A DNA stretch of 64,000 bases from Eledone cirrhosa (taxonomy: Eukaryota), in NCBI GenBank assembly GCA_964016885.1, contig OZ024757.1:30814001-30878000 (forward strand), written 5' to 3'. A model generated the notes under the pieces. That model was not told the DNA's origin. It did not search any database and worked only from the letters and a program-made list of their open reading frames with translations. Position numbers and translations under genes: made by a program. Shown one piece after another: positions 25,363 through 38,900 of the stretch. Every line of letters begins with the position of its first letter. Position 1 is the first letter of the stretch.

Positions 25363-26284
25363 AAGAATGTGAAATAAAATAGATTGAGAGGACGGGCGGG
25401 TTGGAATTGGAAAAAATGTCTTTAGATAAAAATAACAGGTCCATTTATGTTGACATCTCTTATGTGTGTGTGTGTGTACATATATATATGTATATACATA
25501 TGTGTATATATTGTGTATATGTACACATATTTATGTATTTGTCTATATATTCAGCTCTGATTCGAGTTATAAATAGTGTTTTATTATTTTGGCGGATTTC
25601 TTTGGGCAGTGATAGTGATAGAGATAGAGAGTAAGAGAAAGAATGAGTAGGACCTGTTAGTATGAGTCTACACTCTCACACACCTCTCTCTCTCACCATT
25701 TTTAACTCTTTCTCTCTCTCTCCCTTTCTCTCTGTCTCTCTCTTTCATGTGTCTATCACTCTGTGCTCATCACCCCTCTCCAACCAGGTGCCTCCCTCTC
25801 TCTAGCTTCCTCTCCCCTCCATCCACCCCTGCCCTGCCCTATATCTCCGGCCCTCTCCCCCACCATCTCTATTCCATTCTGTGTTTGTTTTGGTTTTCAT
25901 TCTGTATTCTGTAGATTCTTTTCAAATATTTTTGAATATTTGATAATACACACATCCATATATACAGACATACACATACACACACATATACACAGACATA
26001 CACACATATATATACACAGACATACTCATACACACATATATATACACACATATATACATACACACACACACATCCATATATACAGACATACAGACAACCA
26101 TATATACACAGACATACACAAACACATACATATATACACACAGACATGCACACACACACACACATACGCATACACACGGCAGACATAGGGGCACAAACAT
26201 AAACACATACACACACATGTAACCTAATATATATACCTTCCATATACTGTACCGATTGTGTTGTTATTTCTGTTTACCTTTTAT

Positions 26285-26317
<33 letters not shown>

Positions 26318-26967
26318 GTCACATATTCCTGTGTGCAAATATATATACCATATGCAAATATATAAACATACATATATTTGCACATACTTATACACACAAA
26401 TATTTTCAAACATATAAACATATTTTGAATATTTCATAAAACACACACACACCACAGAGACGCAAACACAGACATACTTACGTATATGCACTCACACATA
26501 TATACACTCATACATACATATCTATATGTATATATAGACACATACCTTTATATATAAATATGCAAATATATAAAACATACATATATTCACACACACATAC
26601 ACGATGGCTGCAAACTCTGCTAAGAGTATTGCAATCGCTTGTCAGATTACAGATAGTGGTGCACCTTTAGGCTACGGCCAGCCACTCGAACCTGTAACAT
26701 ATCCTAAACAAGCAATGTCTGTGCGTTGAAGGTTTTTTAAGTGGGGAAAGGCCTTGCACTCGACCAATCGCACTCCCTGAGCTACGAAAACACAACCTGA
26801 AAAAGAGAACTGGTCAACATCATTGGATACTTCCGAAGCCCCAGGTTTTTTTTTTCAGAGTTTCCCTCTCCTAGAAAGGTGTTGTGACAACAACTGGGGG
26901 CCTTTCACTCCCAGGCAAAACAAAAACAAAAACAAACATATATACATACAAACATGTATACATACAT

Positions 26968-27274
26968 GCTACTGAGGTATTCTGTTGGTTATGGTGTTCC
27001 AGTTTGGAACAGCATGCTCCTGTAATTAACGTGAAAGTGGCTGAACATTCCACAGACATGCGTACCCTTAATGTAATTCTCAGGGAGATTCAGCGGACAC
27101 AGAATGTGACAAGGCTGGCCATTCAAATTACAGGTCCAACTCATCATCTTTTGCCAGCACTGGAGCTACGTAAATTAAAGTGTCTTGCTCAAGGACATGA
27201 CGCACTGCCGGGAATCGAACTCCCGACCTTACGATTGTAATCCACATATCCTAACCACACTGCCACATGACTTC
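26968..27274 (-). mobile_element. tRNA-derived CORE-like SINE
   Basis: B box GTTCGATTCC and GTCCTTGAGCAAGACACTT on the minus strand. Confidence 0.8.
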
Positions 27275-27336
27275 AAATATACACACACACACACACACAT
27301 AAATACAAACAGACCTACGAACATATATACATACAC

Positions 27337-29835
27337 TTCATCGCCCACATATTCCTGAGAGGGTCGTGGGGGTAGAGTCCTCAAACACTTCTTCCAGCGG
27401 GTCCTGTCAGAAGCAGCAGTCTCCAACTGATCTGACTGGCTCCCCAAACTCATGGATGTTATCTAACCATCTTACTTGGGGTCTACATCTGGGTCTCCTG
27501 CAAGTTGGTTTTGCCTGTAAAATCTGCCAGCGATTCTTTCCTGAGACATTCTAACCACATGTCCATAGTGTCAGAGCTGTGATCTCTCAATTCGGAGAAG
27601 TAGCAGCTCTACCTGGAGTGACTCTCTGATCTCTGAGCTACATATTCTTTCCTGAGACATTCTAACCACATGTCCATAGTGTTAGAGCTGTGATCTCTCA
27701 ATTCGGAGAAGTAGCAGCTCTACCTGGAGTGACTCTCTGATCTCTGAGCTACATATTCTTTCCTGAGACATTCTAACCACATGTCCATAGTGTCAGAGCT
27801 GTGATCTCTCAATTCGGAGAAGTAGCAGCTCTACCAGGAGTGACTCTCTGATCTCTGAGCTACATATTCTTTCCTGAGACATTCTAACCACATGTCCATA
27901 GTGTTAGAGCTGTGATCTCTCAATTCGGAGAAGTAGCAGCTCTACCAGGAGTGACTCTCTGATCTCTGAGCTACATATTCTTTCCTGAGACATTCTAACC
28001 ACATGTCCATAGTGTTAGAGCTGTGATCTCTCAATTCGGAGAAGTAGCAGCTCTACCTGGAGTGACTCTCTGATCTCTGAGCTACATATTCTTTCCTGAG
28101 ACATTCTAACCACATGTCCATAGTGTTAGAGCTGTGATCTCTCAATTCGGAGAAGTAGCAGCTCTACCAGGAGTGACTCTCTGATCTCTGAGCTACATAT
28201 TCTTTCCTGAGACATTCTAACCACATGTCCATAGTGTTAGAGCTGTGATCTCTCAATTCGGAGAAGTAGCAGCTCTACCAGGAGTGACTCTCTGATCTCT
28301 GAGCTACATATTCTTTCCTGAGACATTCTAACCACATGTCCATAGTGTTAGAGCTGTGATCTCTCAATTCGGAGAAGTAGCAGCTCTACCAGGAGTGACT
28401 CTCTGATCTCTGAGCTACATATTCTTTCCTGAGACATTCTAACCACATGTCCATAGTGTCAGAGCTGTGATCTCTCAATTCGGAGAAGTAGCAGCTCTAC
28501 CAGGAGTGACTCTCTGATCTCTGAGCTACATATTCTTTCCTGAGACATTCTAACCACATGTCCATAGTGTCAGAGCTGTGATCTCTCAATTCGGAGAAGT
28601 AGCAGCTCTACCTGGAGTGACTCTCTGATCTCTGAGCTACATATTCTTTCCTGAGACATTCTAACCACATGTCCATAGTGTTAGAGCTGTGATCTCTCAA
28701 TTCGGAGAAGTAGCGGCTCTACCTGGAGTGACTCTCTGATCTCTGAGCTACATATTCTTTCCTGAGACATTCTAACCACATGTCCATAGTGTTAGAGCTG
28801 TGATCTCTCAATTCGGAGAAGTAGCAGCTCTACCTGGAGTGACTCTCTGATCTCTGAGCTACATATTCTTTCCTGAGACATTCTAACCACATGTCCATAG
28901 TGTTAGAGCTGTGATCTCTCAATTCGGAAAAGTAGCGGCTCTACCTGGAGTGACTCTCTGATCTCTGAGCTACATATTCTTTCCTGAGACATTCTAACCA
29001 CATGTCCATAGTGTCAGAGCTGTGATCTCTCAATTCGGAGAAGTAGCGGCTCTACCTGGAGTGACTCTCTGATCTCTGAGCTACATATTCTTTCCTGAGA
29101 CATTCTAACCACATGTCCATAGTATCAGAGCTGTGATCTCTCAATTCGGAGAAGTAGCAGCTCTACCTGGAGTGACTCTCTGATCTCTGAGCTACATATT
29201 CTTTCCTGAGACATTCTAACCACATGTCCATAGTGTTAGAGCTGTGATCTCTCAATTCGGAGAAGTAGCAGCTCTACCTGGAGTGACTCTCTGATCTCTG
29301 AGCTACATATTCTTTCCTGAGACATTCTAACCACATGTCCATAGTGTCAGAGCTGTGATCTCTCAATTCGGAGAAGTAGCGGCTCTACCTGGAGTGACTC
29401 TCTGATCTCTGAGCTACATATTCTTTCCTGAGACATTCTAACCACATGTCCATAGTGTTAGAGCTGTGATCTCTCAATTCGGAGAAGTAGCAGCTCTACC
29501 TGGAGTGACTCTCTGATCTCTGAGCTACATATTCTTTCCTGAGACATTCTAATCACATGTCCATAGTGTTAGAGATTTGATCTCTGAATTCTGTGAAATA
29601 GCAGCTCTACCTGGAATGACTCTCTGATCTCCGAGCTATGCACTTTATCGAGTAACATTACTCCAAAGACCCTTCAGAGGAACTCCATTTCCGCTGCTTG
29701 TATTCGCGATCATATTTTTTTGGTCATTACCCAAGATTCATGACCTTAGGTAAGGGTTGGCATGAAAACAGAATGGAAGATAGTGAGTTTGGCTTTTACG
29801 CCAACCTCCCTTCTTCTGATTACTGAATACTGAAG
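27337..29835 (-). mobile_element. RTE LINE 3' fragment (pseudogenised)
   Basis: KAKLTIFHSVFMPTLT*GHESWVMT...RIQAAEMEFL*RVFGV...EIRESLQVELLLLRIERSQL*HYGHVVRM...DRTRWKKCL. Confidence 0.88.
27533..29640. repeat. 111-bp tandem array, 19 copies, inside the RTE ORF
   Basis: CCTGAGACATT recurs at 27540+111n up to 29538. Confidence 0.95.
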
Positions 29836-30200
29836 CACACACATAAATACAAACATACATATAAACATATATACATACATACACACATGCATACATACAT
29901 ATATACATACATACACATATACATACATACACACACATACCTACAAACATACATACATAAATACAAACATACATACAAATATACATATATACATACATAT
30001 ATATATATATACACATACACAGACACATATATACACACATATATACACAGATACACACATACACACAGATATTGGCACATACACACAAACACATATACAT
30101 ATATATATACACACATATATACATACATACACATATATATATACATACATACATACACATATATATACATACATACATACATACACACATACATACATAC

Positions 30201-30780
30201 TACCTCCCCATGAGACACGATGGGATAGCTAGAACTATCTGGAACGCACTTCGGAAAACAAAATTAACAACAAACGAGGAAGAATATATTGAGACAGATG
30301 GCACTAAGGAATACTGGTGGAACCTGAAAATAAAAACTGCCACCAAATTAAAGCACAACCGGCCTGATATTGTAGTTTGGGACCACACATTGAAAACGTG
30401 TTCTGTTGTGGAGATCAGCTGCCCACTTGATGTAAACGTTGTCAGAAAAATACAGGAGAAGGAGGACATCTACGGACCATTGATGAGGAGCTTACAAATC
30501 CAGTATCCAAGATACACCTTTAGCTTCATACCCATCATTATTGGTGCTACGGGTTATATACCAACCCGCTTGGACCAAAGTATGACCGAACTTGGATTTG
30601 CGGACAAAAAGCGCAGCTCCCTAATTCATAGTCTACAAATGGCTGCGATAGCTGGCACCTTCAAAATATGCAAAACATTCTTGCGATTCAAGGGATGACA
30701 ATTTCTTTTCTTTTACAACCTTGCCACCAGGAAGGTCGCCGGTCAAAAAAATATACTCGAAATTAAGAGAAAGAGAAAAC
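30201..30780 (+). mobile_element. 5'-truncated R4/Dong-like non-LTR retrotransposon (restriction-like endonuclease domain, 30201-30698)
   Basis: Stop-free RHDGIAR...HNRPDIVVWD...VVEISCP...EKEDIYGPL...PIIIGATG: the RHD, PD-D/E and K..Y motifs of RLE domains; embedded in (CATA)n. Confidence 0.88.
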
Positions 30781-31050
30781 ATACACATATATACATACAT
30801 ACACACTTACAGATATTGCCACACACACACACATATATACACACATACACACATACATACATACATACACACACAAATACATACATATATACACACATAC
30901 ACACATACACACATACACACATAAATACATACATACATATATACATACATACACACATACACACATACATACACATATATATACATACATACACACTTAC
31001 AGATATTGCCACACACACACACATACACACATACACACATACACACATAA

Positions 31051-31081
<31 letters not shown>

Positions 31082-31647
31082 CATACATACACAGAGATGG
31101 TGCCACATTATCTGCCTGAAAGACTGGAGACATAAACAATGAAGACAGATCAAACACATCATTTTCTGAGCTCATCAGCCGTCAAACTTGAATGGACTTT
31201 GTGATTTCAACTTAATTACAGACAGTATCAGTGGTTTAACCCAGGAAGTCATTCTCTGGAAGAGATGTATGTAAGTCAATACAGATAACATGGTAAATAT
31301 ATGGCATAAAAACAAAGGAAGAATTAGGACATGGGTTGTAGGTGGAGGGACAGAATGTCTCCTAACAGATAGTAGAATACAAACACGTACACGCATGTAC
31401 ACAAACACACACATGTACATGAATGCATGCACACACACACACACACACGTCATCATCATCATCATCATCATCATCATCAAGGTTTAGCGTCTGTGTTCCA
31501 CGCTTGCATGGGTTTGGACGGGGGTTTTCCCACTTGAGGCAAGAGTGGTTGTCTTGCTCGCATAGGACTGTGTATATGAATATATATACACACACACACA
31601 TGTACATGAATGCATGCACACACACACACACACACACGTGTATATGA

Positions 31648-31678
<31 letters not shown>

Positions 31679-32256
31679 TACACACATATATATATGTATA
31701 TATATCAATACATACACACACATACTAGCAAACACACACACATGAGAACACGCACATATACACACACACACACATACTAGCAAATACACACACTCATGCA
31801 CATGAACACACGCTCATACACAAACACACATATACACAAACACACATATACACACATGAACACACGCTCATACACACACACACTCATACACATGAACACA
31901 CGCATGAACCCACACACATACACATGAACAAACATAAATGAAAACACTCATGCTTACACGACCACACATATGTACCCACATATACGAACACACACATGCA
32001 CATGCTCGAACACCCACACATCTACATGCATGAGTACACACACACACGCATTCTCAAACACATGCACAAACACTTACGCATATAGAAACACTCACACATA
32101 TACAATCACTCAAGCATATATAATCACTCGTACAAATACATCCATACACTAACACAGACACATACACGAATGCACTGACATACCATAATATTCAATTCAT
32201 ATTTATATTAAGTATATTTTAATCTGTAAGCCCACCAGTAAAACCAAATATATACA

Positions 32257-32750
32257 CAGTGATACATCACAGTATGAGTTTAATTTGTTCCATGACCGAG
32301 CTCGTTTTACGATTTACTTGTTTTACAAATCAATTTTCCCCGTTGAAATTACAGTATTTCGCGGCGTGGAAGATGCTACTTTTTTCCCTAAAATATCTCT
32401 CAAAAATCTACCATGTGACCTGGAGGCCAAAGGTCGTTAATTATTTTTTTTGCAAATTTTTGGTTGTCAAAATTAGGGTGCATCCTCAAGGACGAAAAAT
32501 CTTTGGAGCTGGGAAATACGGTAATCAAAATATAAATAATCCGTTCCAGCCCCTGAAAACCACCCAAGAATAATTTTTTATGGGTTTTAAAACAGAAAAG
32601 GTGCAGTTATTATAAAATAATAGCGAAAAAAAAAACACTGGAAAAACACAATAGGGATGCTGCTACAATGAGATAAACATGTGAACTGAGTGAATGGAGG
32701 CTGCATTTGTTAGGAGAGCGTGTACGAGCTCAGCGCCAACTAGCATATAC
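32257..32750 (+). mobile_element. Tigger/pogo-like DNA transposon end fragment
   Basis: CAGTGATAC..TATGAGTTTAATTTGTTCC..GAGCTCG..TTTTCCC..AATCCGTTCCAG resembles Tigger-type ends (from recall); right boundary uncertain. Confidence 0.55.
32352..32521. mobile_element. Tc1/mariner-pogo MITE with TA TSD, nested in the Tigger-like fragment
   Basis: TA-CAGTATTTCGC...GGGAAATACGG-TA termini; internal AAGATGC..TTTT / AAAATTAGGGTGCATC pattern. Confidence 0.65.
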
Positions 32751-32816
32751 GTATAGTATAGACAAACATGCCTAGACAGACACACACACACACACACTTA
32801 CACTAAACTTTGAGCT

Positions 32817-33047
32817 TAATCCTTTAGCATTTAAACTGGCTGTATCTGGCTGGCTAGAATTCTTTCTGTTCAAACCGGTTGTACCCAGCTGCTCAGCTAT
32901 TCATACTGATGTTAAGGTATTGTTTTCAAAATAGATAATATCAAAATCTCATAGATTCAATATTATGTGAGATAATTATGTGAGGTAAAGCCTTTGCTGT
33001 GAAAATACAATAATAAATATAGAGTAATGCAAATGCTAAAAGGTTAA
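32817..33047. mobile_element. piggyBac-type MITE (same family as the 16755-17915 cluster)
   Basis: TTAATCCTTTAGCATTT...AAATGCTAAAAGGTTAA. Confidence 0.8.
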
Positions 33048-33094
33048 AGAAGAATTCTAATCCTGTCTTCATGGGTAGCCCAGAAGAATGCCTG

Positions 33095-33660
33095 CTGGTG
33101 ATATATTGCTCTTGATGGGGAACTTTAATGCCAGAGTGGGAAACAACCATCTGGCATGTCTTTGGCAGACATGGTATTGGAAAGATTATCTCAAATGACT
33201 TTCTTTTGCCACCACTTTGTACAGAATTTGATCTTCTAATTACAAATACAGTCTTCAAACAATCAAATTATTTGAAGGCTAGCTAGAAACATCGAAGATT
33301 TGGTCACTATCATTGAATTGATTTTATAATTGACTATATAATTATACGCCAGATTATATAATTACAAGCAGGTTTCATGTACATCTAACATTTTGGTCTT
33401 TTAATCGAAGAAGCATGGTCTGATCTTAAACTCATTCATTCTCACATAATGATGGAAATTCAAAGGTCCATTCAGATACAACAAATTGTTCCATGTAAAA
33501 ATTTAAATGTCAGCAGGTCGAAGGATAAAAGCATTGCACAACCATTAAATAAGTCTTCTGAAGTAAAGTCAGATCAGATTATTATAAATGATGATATTGA
33601 GACCTCATGGACAAGTTTGAGAGACACTCTGAGCTCATTTATCAGCTCATCCTTGAGTAA
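33095..33660 (+). mobile_element. Degraded LINE APE-endonuclease fragment (RTE-like)
   Basis: LLLMGNFNARVG...GRHGIGK...CTEFDLLITNTVFKQ...IDFII...WSD, with stops and frameshifts. Confidence 0.8.
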
Positions 33661-33947
33661 CAACCATATGCTCTACCAATAGTTTGTTTGTTTACTCACT
33701 CTACTACCCTAAGTATCAAGTACTCTGGTGCGTTATGGTCTAACTGGTTTTTACCACCTCCATCTGGTATATATATATATATATACCAGATGGAGGTGGT
33801 AAAAACCATGTGTATAAGAGATATTTAATGTGTTGGAAATCCAACAAATATAAATGTTTACAACTGATTCAAAGCACTCAACAGATTTCTGGAGTAAGTA
33901 TTTAATTGATATTAAATAAATGGAAACTATATTTATAAAACCATATT

Positions 33948-34006
33948 TATTCTATTATATTTTCAAGGGTACCAAAAAGTTTGGTACGTTATCATCAGAT
34001 AAAATA
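33948..34006 (-). ncRNA. Hammerhead ribozyme (family F, slightly degenerate stem III)
   Basis: TATTTTAT-CTGATGA-taacGTACCAAA..TTTGGTACcctt-GAAA-ata-TA-ATAGAATA. Confidence 0.7.
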
Positions 34007-34105
34007 CAAAATGCTTTATAAATATTTGACATGACCAAAAGTGGATAACTTGAACCGTTAAGGTATATTATCCTTGGTCATGTCAAATATTTATAAAACA
34101 TTTTG

Positions 34106-34167
34106 TATTTTATCTGATGATAGCGTACCAAAACTTTTGGTACCCTTGAAATATATATAATAGAATA
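34106..34167 (+). ncRNA. Hammerhead ribozyme (family F)
   Basis: TATTTTAT-CTGATGA-tAGcGTACCAAAA c TTTTGGTACcCTt-GAAA-TATATA-TA-ATAGAATA. Confidence 0.8.
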
Positions 34168-34324
34168 AATATGGTTTTATAAATATAGTTTCCATTTATT
34201 TAATATCAATTGTATATATATATATATATATATGTATGTAAAAGGTAAACACAAATAACAACACATTCGGTACAGTATATGGAAGGGATATATTAGGTTA
34301 ACGCTTGAAGTAGCAGGAAGAGGG

Positions 34325-34360
34325 TCTTAACGTTTCGGACGCTAGTCCTTCATCAAAAGA
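34325..34360 (-). ncRNA. Hammerhead ribozyme variant (family E, C3->U; element about 34232-34403)
   Basis: TCTT-TTGATGA-aGGAC tagc GTCC-GAAA-CG-TT-AAGA. Confidence 0.55.
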
Positions 34361-34427
34361 AAGAATGAGAAATAAAATAGATTGAGAGGATGGGCTGGTT
34401 GGATACACATATATATATTCATATATA

Positions 34428-34477
<50 letters not shown>

Positions 34478-34605
34478 GAGGTTATATTTAATTTGTTGGG
34501 ATACAAGCTAAAATATTTTTATAACTGATATAAAGCACTCAACAAATTATTGGAGTAAATATACAATATATTAACAAATGGAAATTATATTTATAAAACC
34601 ATATT

Positions 34606-34671
34606 TATTTTATTATACATATTTCAAGGGCCACCAAGGCAGATTATGGTGCACTTTCATCAGATAAAATA
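34606..34671 (-). ncRNA. Hammerhead ribozyme (family F relative with different stem II)
   Basis: TATTTTAT-CTGATGA-AAGtgCACCA..TGGTGgccCTT-GAAA-TATGTA-TA-ATAAAATA. Confidence 0.75.
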
Positions 34672-34734
34672 TAATGCAGATTAGTTTTATAAAATAAATA
34701 TGGTTTTATAAATATAGTTTCCATTTGTTAATAT

Positions 34735-34780
<46 letters not shown>

Positions 34781-35339
34781 TACAGTTATGTACATATGTT
34801 GATGCATACTAATATCTCGCATCAAGTGGTGACTCCTTGCACATATATGTATAGATATATATATATACACATATATGTATATACACATATACGTGTGTGT
34901 GTCTGTATATATATATATATATACACATATACATTTATATACATATGTACATACATACACATACATACATATATATATAAATACATAAATAACCTGCTGT
35001 ATGTATGTGTGTACACATGTATATATATCGATGCATATATAGATGTGTATAAGTGCAAATGCATGCACATGCATGCATACATAATTTTCTATTAGACATA
35101 TCTGTGCTGATACCCAATGAGGTGATGGCGGTGGTGAGGCTGAATGTAAATAAGAAACAAGGGAGGGGAAGTAGGAGGTGGGAGGAAAGTGGAGGTGGCA
35201 AAGGTGGGGGAAATGGTGGAAGGGATGAGGAGGGGGAAGAAGAGGTGCAAAGGTGGAGGAGGAGGAGGCTGAGGTGGGAACAAGTGATTTGTACTAAAGG
35301 AAGGAAGTGAGAATTTCAGGTGTTTAACTTAAATTATTC

Positions 35340-38300
35340 TGCATTGTTGCACAGCGCATGTGTTGCATTGTGCATATGTTGCAACGTGCATACGTTGCAG
35401 TGTGTGTCTGTTGCACAGTACACGTGTTGCAATGTACATATGTTGCAATGTGTGTCTGTTGCACATTGCATGTGCTGCAATGTGTGTCTGTTGCACAGTG
35501 CATGTGTTGCAATGTGTGTCTGTTGCACAGTGCATGTGCTGCAATGTGTGTCTGTTGCACAGTGCATGTGTTGCAATGTGTGTCTGTTGCACAGTGCATG
35601 TGTTGCAATGTGTGTCTGTTGCACATTGCATGTGCTGCAATGTGTGTCTGTTGCACAGTGCATGTGTTGCAATGTGTGTCTGTTGCACAGTGCATGTGTT
35701 GAAATGTGCATATGTTGCAGTGTGTATCTGTTGCACTGTATGTATATATTGTACTGTGTGTATATATTGTATTATATATGTATATATTGTACAGTGTGTA
35801 TACATTGTATTATATATGTATATGTTGTACAGTGTGTATATATTGTATTACATATGTATATATTGTACAGTGTGTATATATTGTATTATTTATGTATATA
35901 TTGTACTGTGTGTATATATTGTATTATATATGTATATATTGTACAGTGTGTATATATTGTATTATATATGTATATATTGTACTGTGTGTATATATTGTAT
36001 TATATATGTATATATTGTACTGTGTGTATATATTGTATTATATATGTATATATTGTACAGTGTGTATACATTGTATTATATATGTATATGTTGTACAGTG
36101 TGTATATATTGTATTACATATGTATATATTGTACAGTGTGTATATATTGTATTATTTATGTATATATTGTACTGTGTGTATATATTGTATTATATATGTA
36201 TATATTGTACAGTGTGTATATATTGTATTATATATGTATATATTGTACTGTGTGTATATATTGTATTATATATGTATATATTGTACTGTGTGTATATATT
36301 GTATTATATATGTATATATTGTACAGTGTGTATACATTGTATTATATATGTATATGTTGTACAGTGTGTATATATTGTATTACATATGTATATATTGTAC
36401 TGTGTGTATATATTGTATTATATATGTATATATTGTACAGTGTGTATATATTGTATTATATATGTATATATTGTACTGTGTGTATATATTGTATTATATA
36501 TGTATATGTTGTACAGTGTGTATATATTGTATTATATATGTATATATTGTACTGTGTGTATATCTTGTATTATATATGTATGTGTTGTACAGTGTGTATA
36601 TATTGTATTATATATGTATATATTGTACAGTGTGTATACATTGTATTATATATGTATATGTTGTACAGTGTGTATATATTGTATTACATATGTATATATT
36701 GTACTGTGTGTATATATTGTATTATATATGTATATATTGTACAGTGTGTATATATTGTATTATATATGTATATATTGTACTGTGTGTATATATTGTATTA
36801 TATATGTATATATTGTACAGTGTGTATATATTGTATTATATATGTATATATTGTACAGTGTGTATATATTTATTATATATGTATATATTGTACTGTGTGT
36901 ATATATTGTATTATATATGTATATATTGTACAGTGTGTATATATTGTATTATATATGTATATATTGTACAGTGTGTATACATTGTATTATATATGTATAT
37001 GTTGTACAGTGTGTATATATTGTACAGTGTGTATATATTGTATTATATATGTATATATTGTACAGTGTGTATATATTGTATTATATATGTATATATTGTA
37101 CAGTGTGTATATATTGTACAGTGTGTATATATTGTATTATATATGTATATATTGTACAGTGTGTATATATTGTACAGTGTGTATATATTGTATTATATAT
37201 GTATATATTGTACAGTGTGTATATATTGTATTATATATGTATATATTGTACAGTGTGTATATATTGTATTATATATGTATATATTGTACAGTGTGTATAT
37301 ATTGTATTATTTATGTATATATTGTACTGTGTGTATATATTGTATTATATATGTATATATTGTACAGTGTGTATATATTGTATTATATATGTATATATTG
37401 TACAGTGTGTATATATTGTATTATATATGTATATATTGTACAGTGTGTATATATTTATTATATATGTATATATTGTACTGTGTGTATATATTGTATTATA
37501 TATGTATATATTGTACAGTGTGTATATATTGTATTATATATGTATATATTGTACAATGTGTATACATTGTATTATATATGTATATGTTGTACAGTGTGTA
37601 TATATTGTATTATATATGTATATATTGCACTGTGTGTATATCTTGTATTATATATGTATGTGTTATACTGTGTGTATATATTGTATTATATATGTATATA
37701 TTGTACTGTGTGTATATATTGTATTATATATGTATATATTGTACAGTGTGTATATATTGTATTATATATGTATGTGTTGTACTGTGTGTATATATTGTAT
37801 TATATATGTATATATTGTACAGTGTGTATATATTGTATTATATATGTATATATTGTACTGTGTGTATATATTGTATTACATATGTATATATTGTACAGGG
37901 TGTATATATTGTATTATATATGTATATATTGTACTGTGTGTATATATTGTATTATATATGTATATATTGTACAGTGTGTATATATTGTATTATATATGTA
38001 TGTGTTGTACTGTGTGTATATATTGTATTATATATGTATATATTGTACAGTGTGTATATATTGTATTATATATGTATGTGTTGTACTGTGTGTATATATT
38101 GTATTATATATGTATATATTGTACAGTGTGTATATATTGTATTATATATGTATATATTGTACAGTGTGTATATATTGTATTATATATGTATGTGTTGTAC
38201 TGTGTGTATATATTGTATTATATATGTATATATTGTACTGTGTGTATATATTGTATTATATATGTATATGTTGTACAGTGTGTATATATTGTATTATATA

Positions 38301-38900
38301 TGTATATATTGTACTGTGTGTATATATTGTATTATATATGTATATGTTGTACAGTGTGTATATATTGTATTATATATGTATATATTGTACTGTGTGTATA
38401 TATTGTATTATATATGTATATGTTGTACAGTGTGTATATATTGTATTATATATGTATGTGTTGTACAGTGTGTATATATTGTATTATATATATGTGTTTC
38501 ACAGTGTATATATATTGTATTACATATGTATGTGTTGTACTGTGTGTATATATTGTATTATATATGTATATATTGTACAGTGTGTATATATTGTATTATA
38601 TATGTATGTGTTGCAGTATGTATATCAAAGTATGTGTATGGTGTGTATCAACATCATCATCATCATCGGTTAACGTCTGATGATGATGATGATACATATT
38701 GTAATATGTATGACAGTGTATATATATATATTGTTATATGTATGACAGTGTGTATATATTGTTATATGTATGGCAGTGTATATATATATTGTTATATGTA
38801 TGACAGTGTGTATATATATATTGTTATATGTATGGCAGTGTATATATATATATTGTTATATGTATGACAGTGTATATATATATTGTTTATGTATGTGTTG
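35340..38900. repeat. Minisatellite block: 32-bp units, then about 75 x 38-bp units, then about 30-bp units
   Basis: 38-bp unit GTACWGTGTGTATATATTGTATTATATATGTATATATT (about 35740-38620). Confidence 0.95.

Larger units (their letters stand above)
33812..34212 (-). mobile_element. Penelope-like element family F with inverted duplication
   Basis: Arms about 33904-34040 vs 34075-34212; homologous to 34476-34740 and 57152-57560. Confidence 0.8.

Noticed and set aside
26600-26910. Possible RTE-tailed element on the minus strand
   Set aside because: Only a short tail resemblance to 23735-23762; insufficient to call.
30072-30200. N-terminal part of the 208-aa ORF
   Set aside because: Microsatellite read-through; only 30201-30698 is retrotransposon coding sequence.
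31150-31182. CTGATGAGCTCAGAAA on the minus strand
   Set aside because: No stem II or matching stem I; a chance core match. The same holds for CTGATGA at about 18326 and 43453.
35320-38867. Three ORFs longer than 1000 aa, rich in Y/I/C/V
   Set aside because: Translations of a stop-free 38-bp minisatellite, open in all three frames.
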